This document shows, piece after piece, positions 11,139 to 23,293 of a stretch of DNA of 64,000 bases. Below the pieces are notes generated by a model. That model did no database searches, was not told the DNA's origin, and saw only the letters and a list, made by a program, of their open reading frames with translations. The position numbers and the translations under genes were made by a program. This stretch comes from Ascoidea asiatica JCM 7603 (taxonomy: Eukaryota > Fungi > Ascomycota): NCBI GenBank assembly GCA_001600695.1, contig BCKQ01000003.1, positions 776,003 through 840,002 on the forward strand. Direction: 5' to 3'. Every line of letters begins with the position of its first letter. The first letter of the stretch is position 1.

Positions 11139-11309
11139 TTGGGCTAAAAAAAGCCCAAAAAAGCAGTCTTCGGAGTCTCCGAAGAAACTTTACTTTTTTG
11201 AATTGTTTTATATTTTAAAGGGGTAACCCGTGACTTTATTCACTTAATATTTTAGATATTTGATTTAAATCTCACTTCAACAGTTAATCACATTATTCAG
11301 GCCGGGTAA
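11139..11309. promoter_or_regulatory. Motif cluster: hairpin TTGGGCT-A6-AGCCCAA, palindrome TCTTCGGAG-T-CTCCGAAGA (CGG-N5-CCG) and Reb1-type CCGGGTAA
   Basis: Seen directly at 11139-11158, 11167-11185 and 11302-11309. Confidence 0.4.
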
Positions 11310-13298
11310 TATCTTTAGATTGTAATTGAATTTATGCTGTCATCAAAAAATCATAAGCTTTTTTTTCTGATTCTGTCTTTAAACTTTTTTTGAACCTCTT
11401 TTTTTTCTGTAATTTTGACAACAGCCATGAAATGCTTTCATTTTGTTTTTTGTTTTCAAGAAATGAGTTAAGGATTTCTGGTGTCTGTTAAAAAGAAGAT
11501 ATAAAAGTTATTTACCAATCAAAACCAGTTCAATGGTCTATTTCAAGATATTTTATCTTCAAATTCTTTAATAACAGCTTTGGTTTATTATTTTGTTCAA
11601 AGCTTCCTTTGTTAATGAATAATTGATTGAATAATAATGAAAATCAGTTAGTAGTCAAAAATCATAGTATGATAGTTGATTCTGTTTTTTTTTGCTATAT
11701 CAAAGATAACCTCTACAACGGGATTTTTTTTTTCTGTATTTTACTTTTGTTCTGAAGAATCTGAAACAAAAAATATCAACTTTTGAATTCATTTCACTTC
11801 CTTTTCTGTTAAATTTGCTTAAAATCACTAGCTCCGAGAAATTTTTGGAAGCCTTTTCTGAACATGATTTGCCACTAATTTTAGTTGAAAATCGTTTTTT
11901 CTGCATTTCAGATTTAAAATATTCTATAATTTGCTGTTTTTGATTGATATTGAGAAAATTGAAGTGATCTTTAAAATAAAAGAAAAATATGCTAAGCCCA
12001 ATTTGTATGATTACTCAAGTATGGTTAAATCATTAAATAATTCACTTTTAAATTTCTAATATGTTATTCTATGATAAATAGAAAGCTCAAATATCAAAAT
12101 AATATGTTGATCCAGTCCTACAGCCCTTTGCTTATTGTTATGAAATCTTGGTAACTTTAACATTATGGTTTACCAAAAGATTTATTTATTTTGTTAATAT
12201 ACCTATGAATGATCATTTAAATTAGATCATAATAGTCTAAAATTTTTTGAGTCATACAATTAACAAGAAAATTTAATGTATTAAAATTTCAATATGAAAA
12301 CCATTTAGCTATAAAATTTTGAGCTTAATCATTTCAAAAAACTGTTTCATGATTTAAATGATGAAATTTTAGCTTATCATTTAAGCTTCAAACTTTTTTA
12401 TTAAAAGTAATATTTTTAGAAGAAAATATGTTACAAAAAACTTTTTATATCAAATTTGATCTGGGAATATTAGTAGTCTCCATTATAACTAAAGGAATTA
12501 ATTATTTACATTTTTCCCAAAAGAAAAAAGATTATTATTTCTAATTTCAAAAACTTTATGAAACTTTTCTGTAGAATATCGCAGTTCTCTTTTGATACAC
12601 TCTTTTTTTGATTTTTCAAATCATTATTAATCCACTTCAAGCTGGATGATTAAATTAAAAAATATTAACCAAATACGAGTTTTTAATCTTGCAGTATGAG
12701 CTAATTGTAGATATTTAATATTCAATATTCTTTTTTTCTCTTAATATTTTCTTTTCTACCTAAGCTCAACAGTTGTATTCATATTATTAATAAAAAACGA
12801 GTTACATTAGTTTTTATATTTATTTTAAAGATGTTTCAATTCAAATATGGCCAGTTTTGAAATAATGTATTAAACGCCTCAAAAAACAGACAAAGATTAA
12901 TATGAATGAAACGGTTAATAGAAAAATATACCATAGAAACAATTATCAATTAAAGTTAATAAATAATAATTTGTAATAATGAAAAATAAAGATAAAAAAT
13001 ATCAATGTATTGCTCCATTGATAAAAAATATTTAACTAAAAACATTTGAAATCCATATGATTTTGTCGAATAAATTAACTCACGAATCAAGAATTTATTA
13101 ATAAAAGCCTGAATTTATAGTAGCTTTTGTAGCACCTCGTCCACACTTCATAATAATTGCTTAAAGTATTATTTTTAAGATCAATTTATTCAAAACTAAA
13201 AAATTATAAATTTAATATAATCAAAAATTTATGAGAGAAAAGTTTGGTAGTTATAAGTTGTTCCAATATGGTTGTCAAGGCTACACTTGCATAAGCCG

Positions 13299-13627
13299 CA
13301 CGTGACTGTAATAAGGGGGTTTAAATCTGTAGGGGGGCGCAAGGCCTGGAATGGTTACCGCAAATTGAAATTGATTGATTCTTTGGTTGAAAGCAGTATC
13401 GAAAAAAGTCCTTTTTGGGAATTCCGTAATCCCAAGGGAACCAGTGTCTGATCTACGGGATTATCACAATTTTTGCGGGGTACCAATAATAATTTAGCGC
13501 GGGGTTTAAATAGCGTGGGTATAATACTTTGGGAAACTGGTTTTGCGTACCGAAAATTTAATTTATTTGTTTTGCGTAGTTTATTGAGTTGCAATTTCTA
13601 AAGTCACGTTTCAAGTCATCTGACGTC
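13299..13627 (+). promoter_or_regulatory. GC-rich RSM10 promoter with Cbf1-type CACGTGAC, STRE-like AGGGG, Mig1-like AATTTTTGCGGGG and CRE-like TGACGTC
   Basis: Motifs at 13299, about 13315 and 13331, 13468-13480, and 13621. Confidence 0.45.
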
Positions 13628-13787
13628 GCAGCTCATTTTTTTCCAATCTAAGATTTCCTTTAGATAATTCGAATTTAGATATTTCAACTCTTAATAGTCT
13701 GATGATTTTGATGACATTGAGTCTGATGAATTTGATGAAAATATTGAATAATTAGAAAAAAAGGAAACCTTTGAGTGATAAATCGAA

Positions 13788-14570
13788 ATGTTTCAGCGTT
13801 TGGCTTTAGGAATTCCCAGTAAGGGATTAACATCGATTAGAATATTCTCTCAGACTAGTCGTTCTTTTTCAGCTAATACCTTTTGTTTCTCAGAGAGTTC
13901 AAATGAAATAAAAACTTCTACTCCTGATAGTTTAATTAGGTTATCAGAAGATTTGAAAAATTACAACCCACAAGTATTATCAACAGAAGAAGTAATAGAA
14001 GGACCTAATAGACCTATTCCTGTTAATGTTTTGGCAAATTATTATGAACCATTGCGTCGTAAGATTGTTCATAAAGAATTAGCTTGTAAAATTCAAATTA
14101 GAGCTTTTTCACCAGATTTATTAGAATTCTTTTCTTCTTTTATCATAAGATCTGCTTATTATTTAAATATTCCAGTTAGTGGTCCTAAACCTTTACCTAT
14201 CAGACATGAAAAATGGACTGTAATAAGAGCTCCTTTTGTTAATGCTAAATCAAAAGAAAATTTTGAAAGAAAAACTCACAAAAGATTAATTAAAGCATGG
14301 GATTCTACTCCTGAAGCTATAAATTTATGGATTACTTTTATAAACAAACACAGTTTAGAAGGGGTTGGTATTAAAGTTAATATGTATGTTAGAGAGTCCT
14401 TAGATTTAGACAAAGAAATGGATGAGTTCAACCTTGATGAGGCTCTTAAATCTTCTGATATTTTCAATCCAAAATCTTCAATTCCAACACAGGATCCAGT
14501 CTCTAAGAAAGTACAAGAGTTATTAAATAATCCTAGCTTCAAGAACCATTTAAGCTCAAAAAATAAATAA
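13788..14570 (+). CDS. RSM10: Mitochondrial small-subunit ribosomal protein uS10m
   Basis: S10 motif GPKPLP..KWTVIRAPFVNAKSKENFERKTHKRLI; Arg/Ser-rich presequence. Confidence 0.95.
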   Translation: MFQRLALGIPSKGLTSIRIFSQTSRSFSANTFCFSESSNEIKTSTPDSLIRLSEDLKNYNPQVLSTEEVIEGPNRPIPVNVLANYYEPLRRKIVHKELACKIQIRAFSPDLLEFFSSFIIRSAYYLNIPVSGPKPLPIRHEKWTVIRAPFVNAKSKENFERKTHKRLIKAWDSTPEAINLWITFINKHSLEGVGIKVNMYVRESLDLDKEMDEFNLDEALKSSDIFNPKSSIPTQDPVSKKVQELLNNPSFKNHLSSKNK

Positions 14571-15386
14571 ATAAACATAAATTAAATCTGTATATATTAT
14601 AATCTATTACATTTTTTTATTTTCTAAACTCTCAAATTGTAAGCTTTTCTAGAGGTATTTCTTAAGTCTTTATTACGTAAGTATATAGAATTTTATAAAA
14701 AAAAATATTAAAATTATGTTTGTTGATTGATAGGAATTCAAAATTAAATTGAAAAAAGTTTTATATTTTTCTAATGTGAAAAAAAAGATTAAAAAAAATA
14801 TGCAAACCAAAAAAGGAGTTTAAAAAAAATAATATATATACCTGAAACAAAACACGTTGTTTTCTTTTCCAAAGTAAAACAAATATACAATAAAATATGC
14901 CAGCTTTTACCATAGCATCAACAGAAACCAGAATGTAACAATTTAAATCTCATCATATCAAAAGAATATAATAAGTTTGAAATTTTTAGTGAATATGCAA
15001 AGAATCCATAATTACAATCAATAATGACCAGGAAAAGATGTTCCATTGAAAAAGCGAGGAATAACAATAGTTAGAAAAGAGTTAGGATAAATAGATAGAA
15101 TTAACAAATAAAAAAATTGTAATTAATAGAATTGATTCTTTTGCAAGTATCAAAAAACATTCATAACACATTAGCAGAAGCGAAAAAAAAAAAAAGAGAA
15201 GTAAAACAATTTTATAAAAAAGCATTAAAAGGTAAAAAAAAGCAAGAATCCGAGGAGCCAATTTAAATAAGTTAGGAAAATTAAAAAATGTTTATGGAAG
15301 TTCATAGGGTAAAGATTAAAATATAGGAAAGTTAATTATTGAAAAGCTAGTGGAAAAAGGAAGAATATTTTGATCTTATAAAAAGC

Positions 15387-18311
15387 TTAATCAAAATCAA
15401 GATCACCAAAGTCTAAATTTAAGCTAGGAGAATTGTTTGACAACCTTTGCAATTTAGAGAGCAAGTTTTCAGGCTCATTATTAATTTTTGAATCAACTTC
15501 AACTTCAATTGTATCACAATCAGTTAATCTATCAATTGCATTTAGATTTAATAGATTTGGTTGCGAATCAAAAAATGAAGCTCTTGAGGAATTGGAAGAA
15601 AATGTTGAAGTAGAAGAATTCATTAGAGGGGGTAATGAATCAGTACTTTCCAGAATATTTGCATTACCAAAAGCTTCATCGAAATCATTGAAAACAGATA
15701 ATATATTAGATGATGAATTTCTTTTATTTGAACTTGAATTCATAGATTTTATTCTTGAGGTAGAGTTCTTGCTACTATATGCTGTTTCTGTAAATGATCT
15801 GTATGAAAACGGTCTTTTGAATTTATCGATTGATTTATTTTTTTGACCAAAAGAAGTAAAATTATTATAGTTAAAAGATGGTGATAACTCAAAATCATTG
15901 AACACTGAGGCGGATTTGGGTCTTGGACTTGAATCAGAAGTAGAAAAGGAATGATAATGTCCATTTATAGCTTGAGAATTAGAAGGTAAATCAAAGTTAA
16001 GTTTCTTTGAATTGTTTGTAGATGAACTATTAATCCCACAAGTAAGTGCATTAAAAGTATTTGCTCTGGATAATAATTTCTTAGAATCTGATTTAAATTT
16101 ATTTAATTGTATTTCACAAGCTTGTTTATGATTATCATCATTCATTTCGACATAAGATTTTGGATAACATCTATTTTTTTGTAATTTGAAAAAATTTTTA
16201 TACCCACCTTCTAAAATTAAAATATTTGGAAACTTTAAAAAAGGATAATTGGATTCATTTATAATTCTATCACAATATCTTAAATGTTTTGCCATTCTTG
16301 GGCCTCTATAAGAAGAAAACTCACAATGAAAAATTAATAAATCATTTTGATCAAAATTACGCTGTATATTGTTATCATTTGCTTTAAAGAAATGTTTTTC
16401 AAGATCTTGTTGAGAATTTAAATTTATAGCAGAATCAATATGACCACCTTGAAATTCATATTCAAAACGACAATCAATAATATAACTATTATTGAAAAAG
16501 TTATTAAATTTTCCATCAATAATTTTACATAAATTTTGAACATTTATTCTAGGAAAAGAATCGTCTTGAATATAGAATAAATCTAGACCAGATTTTTTCA
16601 ATAAATCAGAAGATGATGATAAAGAGGGTTCTATTGAAGAACTGGATTCACTGATTGAGGACTGTATTGAATGTTGAACTATTCCAGTAGCAGTTTTTGG
16701 TCTTATACTAGGTTTTGATTTATTTAAGCATAAAGTTGTAGTTTTAGTTATTGAAGGAGTGTTAGAGTGACATTGTAAATCAATCTGCAATTTATTTGAA
16801 GTATAAAGAGATTGGGTTCTACGAAATTTTGATTTTGATGGTCTTCTTTGCAAAGGAGATGCAATTGATCTTTTAAAAGAAGGTGAATCAAGGAAACAAT
16901 CATTATTTCTATTATTATCATCATTGAAATTGTCATTAAGATTTGTCTCGAATAAAGAGACATTATTAGATAAATCATCATTTCTTAAAGAATTCAGATT
17001 AAAAATATTATCGCCAAGCTTGTCTTTAGTATTATTACTATCAACTTTATTCTTATTATTTGAATGTAATTTCAATGAAGTTAATAATTTATTTGAACCA
17101 GATTCAATATGATCATTAAAGTCTGCATTTAAATTATTTTGTTCAAACTGATGATTGACAAAATCAAACTCATCATCTTCATCTACTTCATTTTCATGGT
17201 TAATGACATTATTATTTTCAGCAGTGTCATCCTTATCTTCATCATCTTCTTCCTCATCATCTTCTTCATCACGATCTTCATTGTTTTCATTATCGAGAAT
17301 ATTATCAATAATATTGTCATCATCATCGACATCATCATTAAAGAAAAGATTAAAGTTATTATTTTCAATATTTTCTAAATCATTTGATAAATCAATTTTT
17401 TTAGAAATTGAGTTTGAATAACTATGATTTAAAAAAGGTTTTGAAAATAATGAATTACTTGATAATAGAGATAAAGCACTTGAATTGAATATTGAAGATT
17501 TGGATTTTCTATGTTTTGAAGATTTAGTATTATCATTTAAAGATAAAGAAGCATCATTGAATGATTTTGATTTTAACTTTGAGTTGAATATTGAAGATTT
17601 TGATAATGAATTTGATTTTGAATGATGAGATTTTATTGATCTTGATAAAGATTTTGATAAAGATTTATTTGAAAAATGTTTTGATTTTGAATCAAGATAA
17701 GTTGAATTTAAAGAATTTAAATGATTATTTGAATTATGATTATGATTATGATTATTGTGATAATTTTTTCTGATTACATTATGTTTTAAAGAGTTCAAGG
17801 ATGAATTTGAAGACTTTTTTGAGATTATGGAAGAAGCAGAAGAAGAACAATTTGAAGTTAAAGCTCCAGAACAAGAATATAAAGAAGATGCTGATGAACA
17901 AGCGGAATATGATGCATAAGAGGAAGAATTAGAAGATGATGAATAAGAAGGTGATGAAGATGTTGCTGAGGAAGCTGAAGTTGGAGGGAAAGTGAAATCA
18001 GTTGGCATTGTTATTGATGAAGAAGCAGAAGAAGGTAAGCTATAAACAGGTGAAGGTGAATAAGAAGAGGAAGAAAAAGAGAAATTGAAATCAATTGAAC
18101 CTCTTTTAGATAAATATTGGGTCAGATTTTGATTCTGAATTTGATCTGGAAATTTAGAGTAATAAGTGGTATCGAAGTTATTAGTATTGTTGATTTTATA
18201 AGTACTGGTATTAGAAATTGTATTAGTATTGGTATTAGTATTGGTAGTATTATTGGTATTATTAGTATTGGTATTATTAGTGGAATTATTGGTTATATTA
18301 TTGTAAATCAT
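15387..18311 (-). CDS. MIH1: Cdc25-type M-phase inducer phosphatase
   Basis: IIDCRFEYEFQGGHI, catalytic HCEFSSYRGP, ILEGGY; long S/N-rich N-terminus. Confidence 0.95.
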   Translation of the reverse strand: MIYNNITNNSTNNTNTNNTNNTTNTNTNTNTISNTSTYKINNTNNFDTTYYSKFPDQIQNQNLTQYLSKRGSIDFNFSFSSSSYSPSPVYSLPSSASSSITMPTDFTFPPTSASSATSSSPSYSSSSNSSSYASYSACSSASSLYSCSGALTSNCSSSASSIISKKSSNSSLNSLKHNVIRKNYHNNHNHNHNSNNHLNSLNSTYLDSKSKHFSNKSLSKSLSRSIKSHHSKSNSLSKSSIFNSKLKSKSFNDASLSLNDNTKSSKHRKSKSSIFNSSALSLLSSNSLFSKPFLNHSYSNSISKKIDLSNDLENIENNNFNLFFNDDVDDDDNIIDNILDNENNEDRDEEDDEEEDDEDKDDTAENNNVINHENEVDEDDEFDFVNHQFEQNNLNADFNDHIESGSNKLLTSLKLHSNNKNKVDSNNTKDKLGDNIFNLNSLRNDDLSNNVSLFETNLNDNFNDDNNRNNDCFLDSPSFKRSIASPLQRRPSKSKFRRTQSLYTSNKLQIDLQCHSNTPSITKTTTLCLNKSKPSIRPKTATGIVQHSIQSSISESSSSIEPSLSSSSDLLKKSGLDLFYIQDDSFPRINVQNLCKIIDGKFNNFFNNSYIIDCRFEYEFQGGHIDSAINLNSQQDLEKHFFKANDNNIQRNFDQNDLLIFHCEFSSYRGPRMAKHLRYCDRIINESNYPFLKFPNILILEGGYKNFFKLQKNRCYPKSYVEMNDDNHKQACEIQLNKFKSDSKKLLSRANTFNALTCGINSSSTNNSKKLNFDLPSNSQAINGHYHSFSTSDSSPRPKSASVFNDFELSPSFNYNNFTSFGQKNKSIDKFKRPFSYRSFTETAYSSKNSTSRIKSMNSSSNKRNSSSNILSVFNDFDEAFGNANILESTDSLPPLMNSSTSTFSSNSSRASFFDSQPNLLNLNAIDRLTDCDTIEVEVDSKINNEPENLLSKLQRLSNNSPSLNLDFGDLDFD

Positions 18312-19069
18312 TTTGGCATAAATAGAATATATTAGTATGTATTAAATTAAGTAATTTGAGATTATAAAGATTTTCAAATTAAAGATATTTTAAGATATTT
18401 AAAGGTAAATTTATAATGGAATATGAAATATGAACATGAGAATAAAATGAGCAGAGTATATTGAATTTTCTTAAGTTTATTGAAGTAATTAATTGAGTGG
18501 TTTGAATTTAAAATTTATAGAAAAAGGAAGAATAAAGATGATTTTTTATGAATAAATGATTGATCATAAAAATCATGAAAATCTTAAAGATTAAATTTCA
18601 GTTAAATTTGAATTAAGTTATATTAGACTGAATTGAAATGACTAGAATTTCTGTTCTCTCTTTTCTTTTCTTTGATTTTACTTAACTAGATCAGATTTAA
18701 GTTAATGAAATTGAAGATTTTGAATTTGAGATTTATTTTAATAGAAATAAATATTGAGGTTTATAAAAGTAAAATGATTGATAATAATAATGATAGTTTG
18801 AATTCAAAATCTTAACAAGAGAAGAATTGAGATTGAATCTTTTGATTAATATTTGCTTATATGTATATATATAATATATATGTATTTAATTATCTATTTA
18901 TCATATATTATATAAATTGTATTTATATAGATATTATTACGTGGTTATATATGAAAGATATTGTATGAGTTGTTGAAATTGAAGAAGAAAAAGAAAAAAC
19001 AGAAGAATAAGAAGAATTGGAATGAGAATTGATAAAATTTATATAAAGAAAAGGAAATATTAAATTATA

Positions 19070-19121
19070 TATATATTATATTATATTATATTATATTATA
19101 TTATATTATTATATTATATTA
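19070..19121. repeat. (ATATT)n microsatellite upstream of MIH1
   Basis: Direct inspection. Confidence 0.85.
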
Positions 19122-19823
19122 TCATTTATCTTTATTATTGTATTCTTGTACTATTGCATTATTGTAAGGTTATTGTAATTTTTTTTAGATTTTGGCTATT
19201 TTCAAGTGTTCAAATCTGGGTGAAATTGGCAGAAAACAGAATGGAAAACAGAATGAACGTAGAGCAGAAGCTGGCACTGGAGGTCGCTCCGGATAGTGGT
19301 GCACTTTACCACAACCACGACCACAACCACTGCCGCTGCTGCTACTACAACTAATTGCTACACTTCTCACTTGCAAGGACTGTTGTCGAAGTGCTGAAGT
19401 AGTGTTGTTGAAGTGCCCTAGAGCAGACCAGTAACAAATAAGTATTTGGTTTTGATCAGGATCTTGATTTGGATCTTGGAATTGTGATTTCGGTTTTGGT
19501 TTTTGGGTTTTTTATTTTATTAATTTTAATTATTTTTTAATCTTTTTTTATTTTTTCTTATTTTGATATTTTTATTTATTTTGATCTATTTAAAAATTAC
19601 TTAATGGAGAATATTGTAAATTCAGCTATTTAGCGTTAAAGTACCTTAAGTTACCACCGCTTCTGATTCTATTCCAATTTCAAGTTTCCAATTCAATCTC
19701 AATGCAAATTCTGAATTTAAATTTAAACAAAATCTCAATTTTTGTAAACACTCAGAAAAATGTTTGTTTTTCTATACAAAAATAATGATGCTTTGGGAAG
19801 TTTTTGAAAATTTTAAAATTTTT

Positions 19824-19881
19824 TGAAAGTGTTGAAAGTGTTGAAAGTTCTGAAAGTTATGAAAGTTATGAAAGTTATGAA
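19824..19881. repeat. 9-bp tandem repeat TGAAAGT(GT/TC/TA) x6
   Basis: Direct inspection. Confidence 0.85.
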
Positions 19882-22800
19882 ATTTTTTAAGCAGCAAAAG
19901 TTGAATTTTACCTGGATCTGCTGAAGCATAATTACGTGTCCCGAGAATTCTAATTCTCACGTAACCAACTCGAATCACCGGTGCCTGCTCTTTGTTGGTT
20001 AAAACCCACGCATTGCAAACCAAGCGCAAGAAATGCGCAACATCAACAAGAGCTTAACAAATGCCATACTATTTATTGTTTTCGAAGTGCGAAACAGAAA
20101 TAGCATCGCTAAACCTGAACCACAAAAATAAACACCGCAAAATAAAATTCACCAAACAAAAACCCGTTTGAACTTCTATTAATAATTGTCAATACACCCA
20201 ATACATAACTAGGCTATATCCTTATTAAATTAAGTCATAGTTCAAAGAAATTTTAAAAATATAATTAATATTTAAGATGGCTATATTGATTTGGTAAACC
20301 TTTTGTTTGGAATACAATACCTGATTCTTTATCACAATTATCTTAGCATCAATGTTCGACATAAATATTCACAATGAAATTGAAAATGAAACTCCTTATT
20401 CTTATTTGTTTGCGCAATATGAATATTTTCCCGAATATTATAATAGTACCATTTCCCATTTCCCATTCTAGCTGTTTTGATACCCTTAACAATATAACTT
20501 CATCCCTTCCCCGAATTTATACAAATATGTTGTTGTCCTTGTACCGAATATTAATTTTCGTGGAGCACGATGTTGGTTCTATGGTTATTACCTAATTTTA
20601 AACTGGAAACCTTCCCTGAAAATACGTGCAACTTGATTATCTTTACAATTACCATACTGAAGAGCCATACAGTAGTTATTTTCACGTGTTATAAAAATAC
20701 TTACCAATGAAAGTTAAAAAAACGTATCTAACCTTTTTTGAATCACTCATCCAACAGCTTGATCAAAAAACCTAATTAAACCTTGCAAACTCAAGGTCTG
20801 AATTACAGAATATACTTTCCCGCTTCCCATTTTTGATTGATTCCCCGTTTCCCGTTTTCAATTTCCCGTTCCCCGGTTTTTTTGTATTGTGAACTGTTTT
20901 GTGTAGCTCATAGTACTTGGCTTAAGTAACTTAACGAAAAAACAACGACTATTAATAAATAATAAGTAGAATGTTATTGTTATATTAAAAGAATGATATA
21001 ATAGTTCTTTAGAAGTAAAACTCATTAAATATAAATAAACCCAATCAATTATTAAATTTATTCATTAATTTTGAATTCATTTTGTGAAGTTAAAACTCTA
21101 AGTGCATTTCCTCTTTGTTTCACTTTTTTGTGAATTTTAAAAGGGAAAAGTTGCTGGCTGGCAACCTTTGTTGGCTTGAGAAATGATCCTTGTTAATTTA
21201 TGTTATTACTAGTCAAATATTCAATTTGTGAATTTGTATATCGGAATAATTAATATTACTAAAATTTTCCTACCTTCTGAAGAACCCATCCATATATTCA
21301 TGAAGAAAAAAAATCTTACGTTCTTATCAATATCAACTATTCTCCAAAATGATCATGATAATTATGTATTTATCTATCATTATTGTGAAGAATCTCTTCA
21401 CATTTTAGAAATTTCCGTTTTTGGTTTGATCTTAGGTTTTATTGAACTCCAAGATGGCTCTTGACATGTGTTTCCGTGGATATTTGAAATCTATTTTTGA
21501 AAAAACATAATTAATACTAGTTAAAGCCACGTGAAAGATATTACTTTCCAGATAGTTCTGATAATCTTGCACGTGGTGTAAAAAAATAACCACATATTAT
21601 AATTTCAAGCAGAAATATAAAAATCTTTAAAACAAAAAATATTCAATGTTTCTTTTTGAAAGAAATTTCAAAACAAACATTAAAAACAATAGCAGTTTGA
21701 AATCATAGAAAACTAGTAGTACTAATCAACTCCAAAGAAATAATTATACCAGTAGAAAAGAAATAAATTCATAATTGGAATTCATAGAATAGAGAAAGCT
21801 AAGATCCAAGAAAAGAATTGTTTTATCCCAGTCTGTCAAAATATTAATTTGCTTTTGTTTTTTGAATTTGAATATTCAAAGGTTATTTGATTTTCTTCAA
21901 ATACAGAAATATCTTTATCCATTTCTATATTCATTACTATATTCATATTCCTCTTTCATTTTATAATTTTTTTTGAATTTATGTCAAAAAATGTATGGTA
22001 ACAATTCTTTCAATTTTTGGGACTAAAACATTTTTCTTTAGGCAATATCAATACTCTTTCAACATCAATCGAAGCCCAATTCTTCTGAATTTTGAACTAA
22101 TCTCATTTCATATTGCATATACCTATATAAATTTATATCATCGAAATTAATCTTAATCATTTTTTGCAATCATCAGTTTCAAATAATAAACCAGCTCTGC
22201 AATAAAAAGCTTCGATTGCAAATTAAAATTTGAATACTTCAATATTCTTAATGATTTCAAAATTTGTTATTACTTTTTTAGGTTTTTTTTACCTTATAAA
22301 TGAATTTAGGATGAATTTATGATGAATTTAGATGATGAGTTTAGATTATGAGACCCCAAACTTAATAGTCTTAATAATCTTAATATTCAAGTCATGGAAT
22401 CTCATTGCCAAACCAGGCCCACGCAATATTGAAATAGCCCCGCGCATAACTGATTTTTTTTTAATATCTTAATTTTATAATGAATAGCGTTTCCAAATAT
22501 TTAAAAATGTATGGAAATTTCAATTGGTAAAAGACCCGAAAAACTCGAGAAAATAAAACTTGAAAACGGAAATAAAGTATAAATTTCAACAAAAACATAA
22601 AATTATCAAAAACCCATTAAATGTAAAAAAAATAATGAAACCTTCAAAAGTTTTTAATAAAAAAAAAAACTTTATCAATCAATGGATCCCGTTTAAGACT
22701 TCTTTTTTTTAAATCAAGAAATATCATCGATGGGTTATTAAGTCATCAACTACTTTAAAAGTAATAATTTTGACCAAAATAAATTGGAGAAAATTTATTT

Positions 22801-23180
22801 TCGAATCCTATCTTTTTGAAAGGCTTTATTTTTTTAAAAGATTTCCCACTTAAGGTTATTCCTAAACAAGTAATTGACTTTTTTAAAATATTTAATAAGC
22901 CTTTTACTTAAAAAAAAAAACATTTTGAAATAACCGATAAAATAACAAAATAGTTTAAAGCAGTTTGATCGACTTGATCCAATTTATTTATAAAACTGCG
23001 GCTAATTCAATGCTTTTTTTTTTTTTCTTTTCTTTTTTTTTTTCTCTAAATTTTAATTCAACTTAAAACTATGACTGATGAAAGTTTTAACAAAATGTTC
23101 AAAAAGGTTTTCAGCGAAAAAAAAGAAAACCTACCTTATTGAGATATCTCAACTTGATTTTCAAATTAGTCATACATTTC

Positions 23181-23293
23181 TTCAAATTGTTGGCAAAAAT
23201 ATTTAAAGATAATTCTAATCCGGAAGGCCTCAGAAGATAGTTCAAATTGTTAATAAAAGATAATTCTAATTGGGAAGGCATCTGAAGATAGTT
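23181..23293. repeat. Imperfect tandem duplication of about 52-60 bp
   Basis: TTCAAATTGTT..AAAGATAATTCTAAT(CC/TG)GGAAGGC(C/A)TC(A/T)GAAGATAGTT occurs twice. Confidence 0.8.

Noticed and set aside
13299-13306. CDEI-like GTCACGTG as a point centromere (also at 53363)
   Set aside because: No CDEII AT tract followed by CDEIII; both lie in promoters
13340-13560. Possible structured ncRNA (Sm-like AATTTTTG, GAAAAAAGTCC)
   Set aside because: No match to snRNA, RNase P/MRP or SRP cores that I could recognise; better explained as the RSM10 promoter (an Rfam scan would settle it)
15433-18335. Many short ORFs overlapping MIH1 (likewise in OSH1, CDC15, CRP1 and the permeases)
   Set aside because: Antisense or alternate-frame shadows of biased low-complexity coding sequence
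22899-22907. GCCTTTTAC resembling U5 snRNA loop 1
   Set aside because: No convincing flanking stem; lies in A/T homopolymer context
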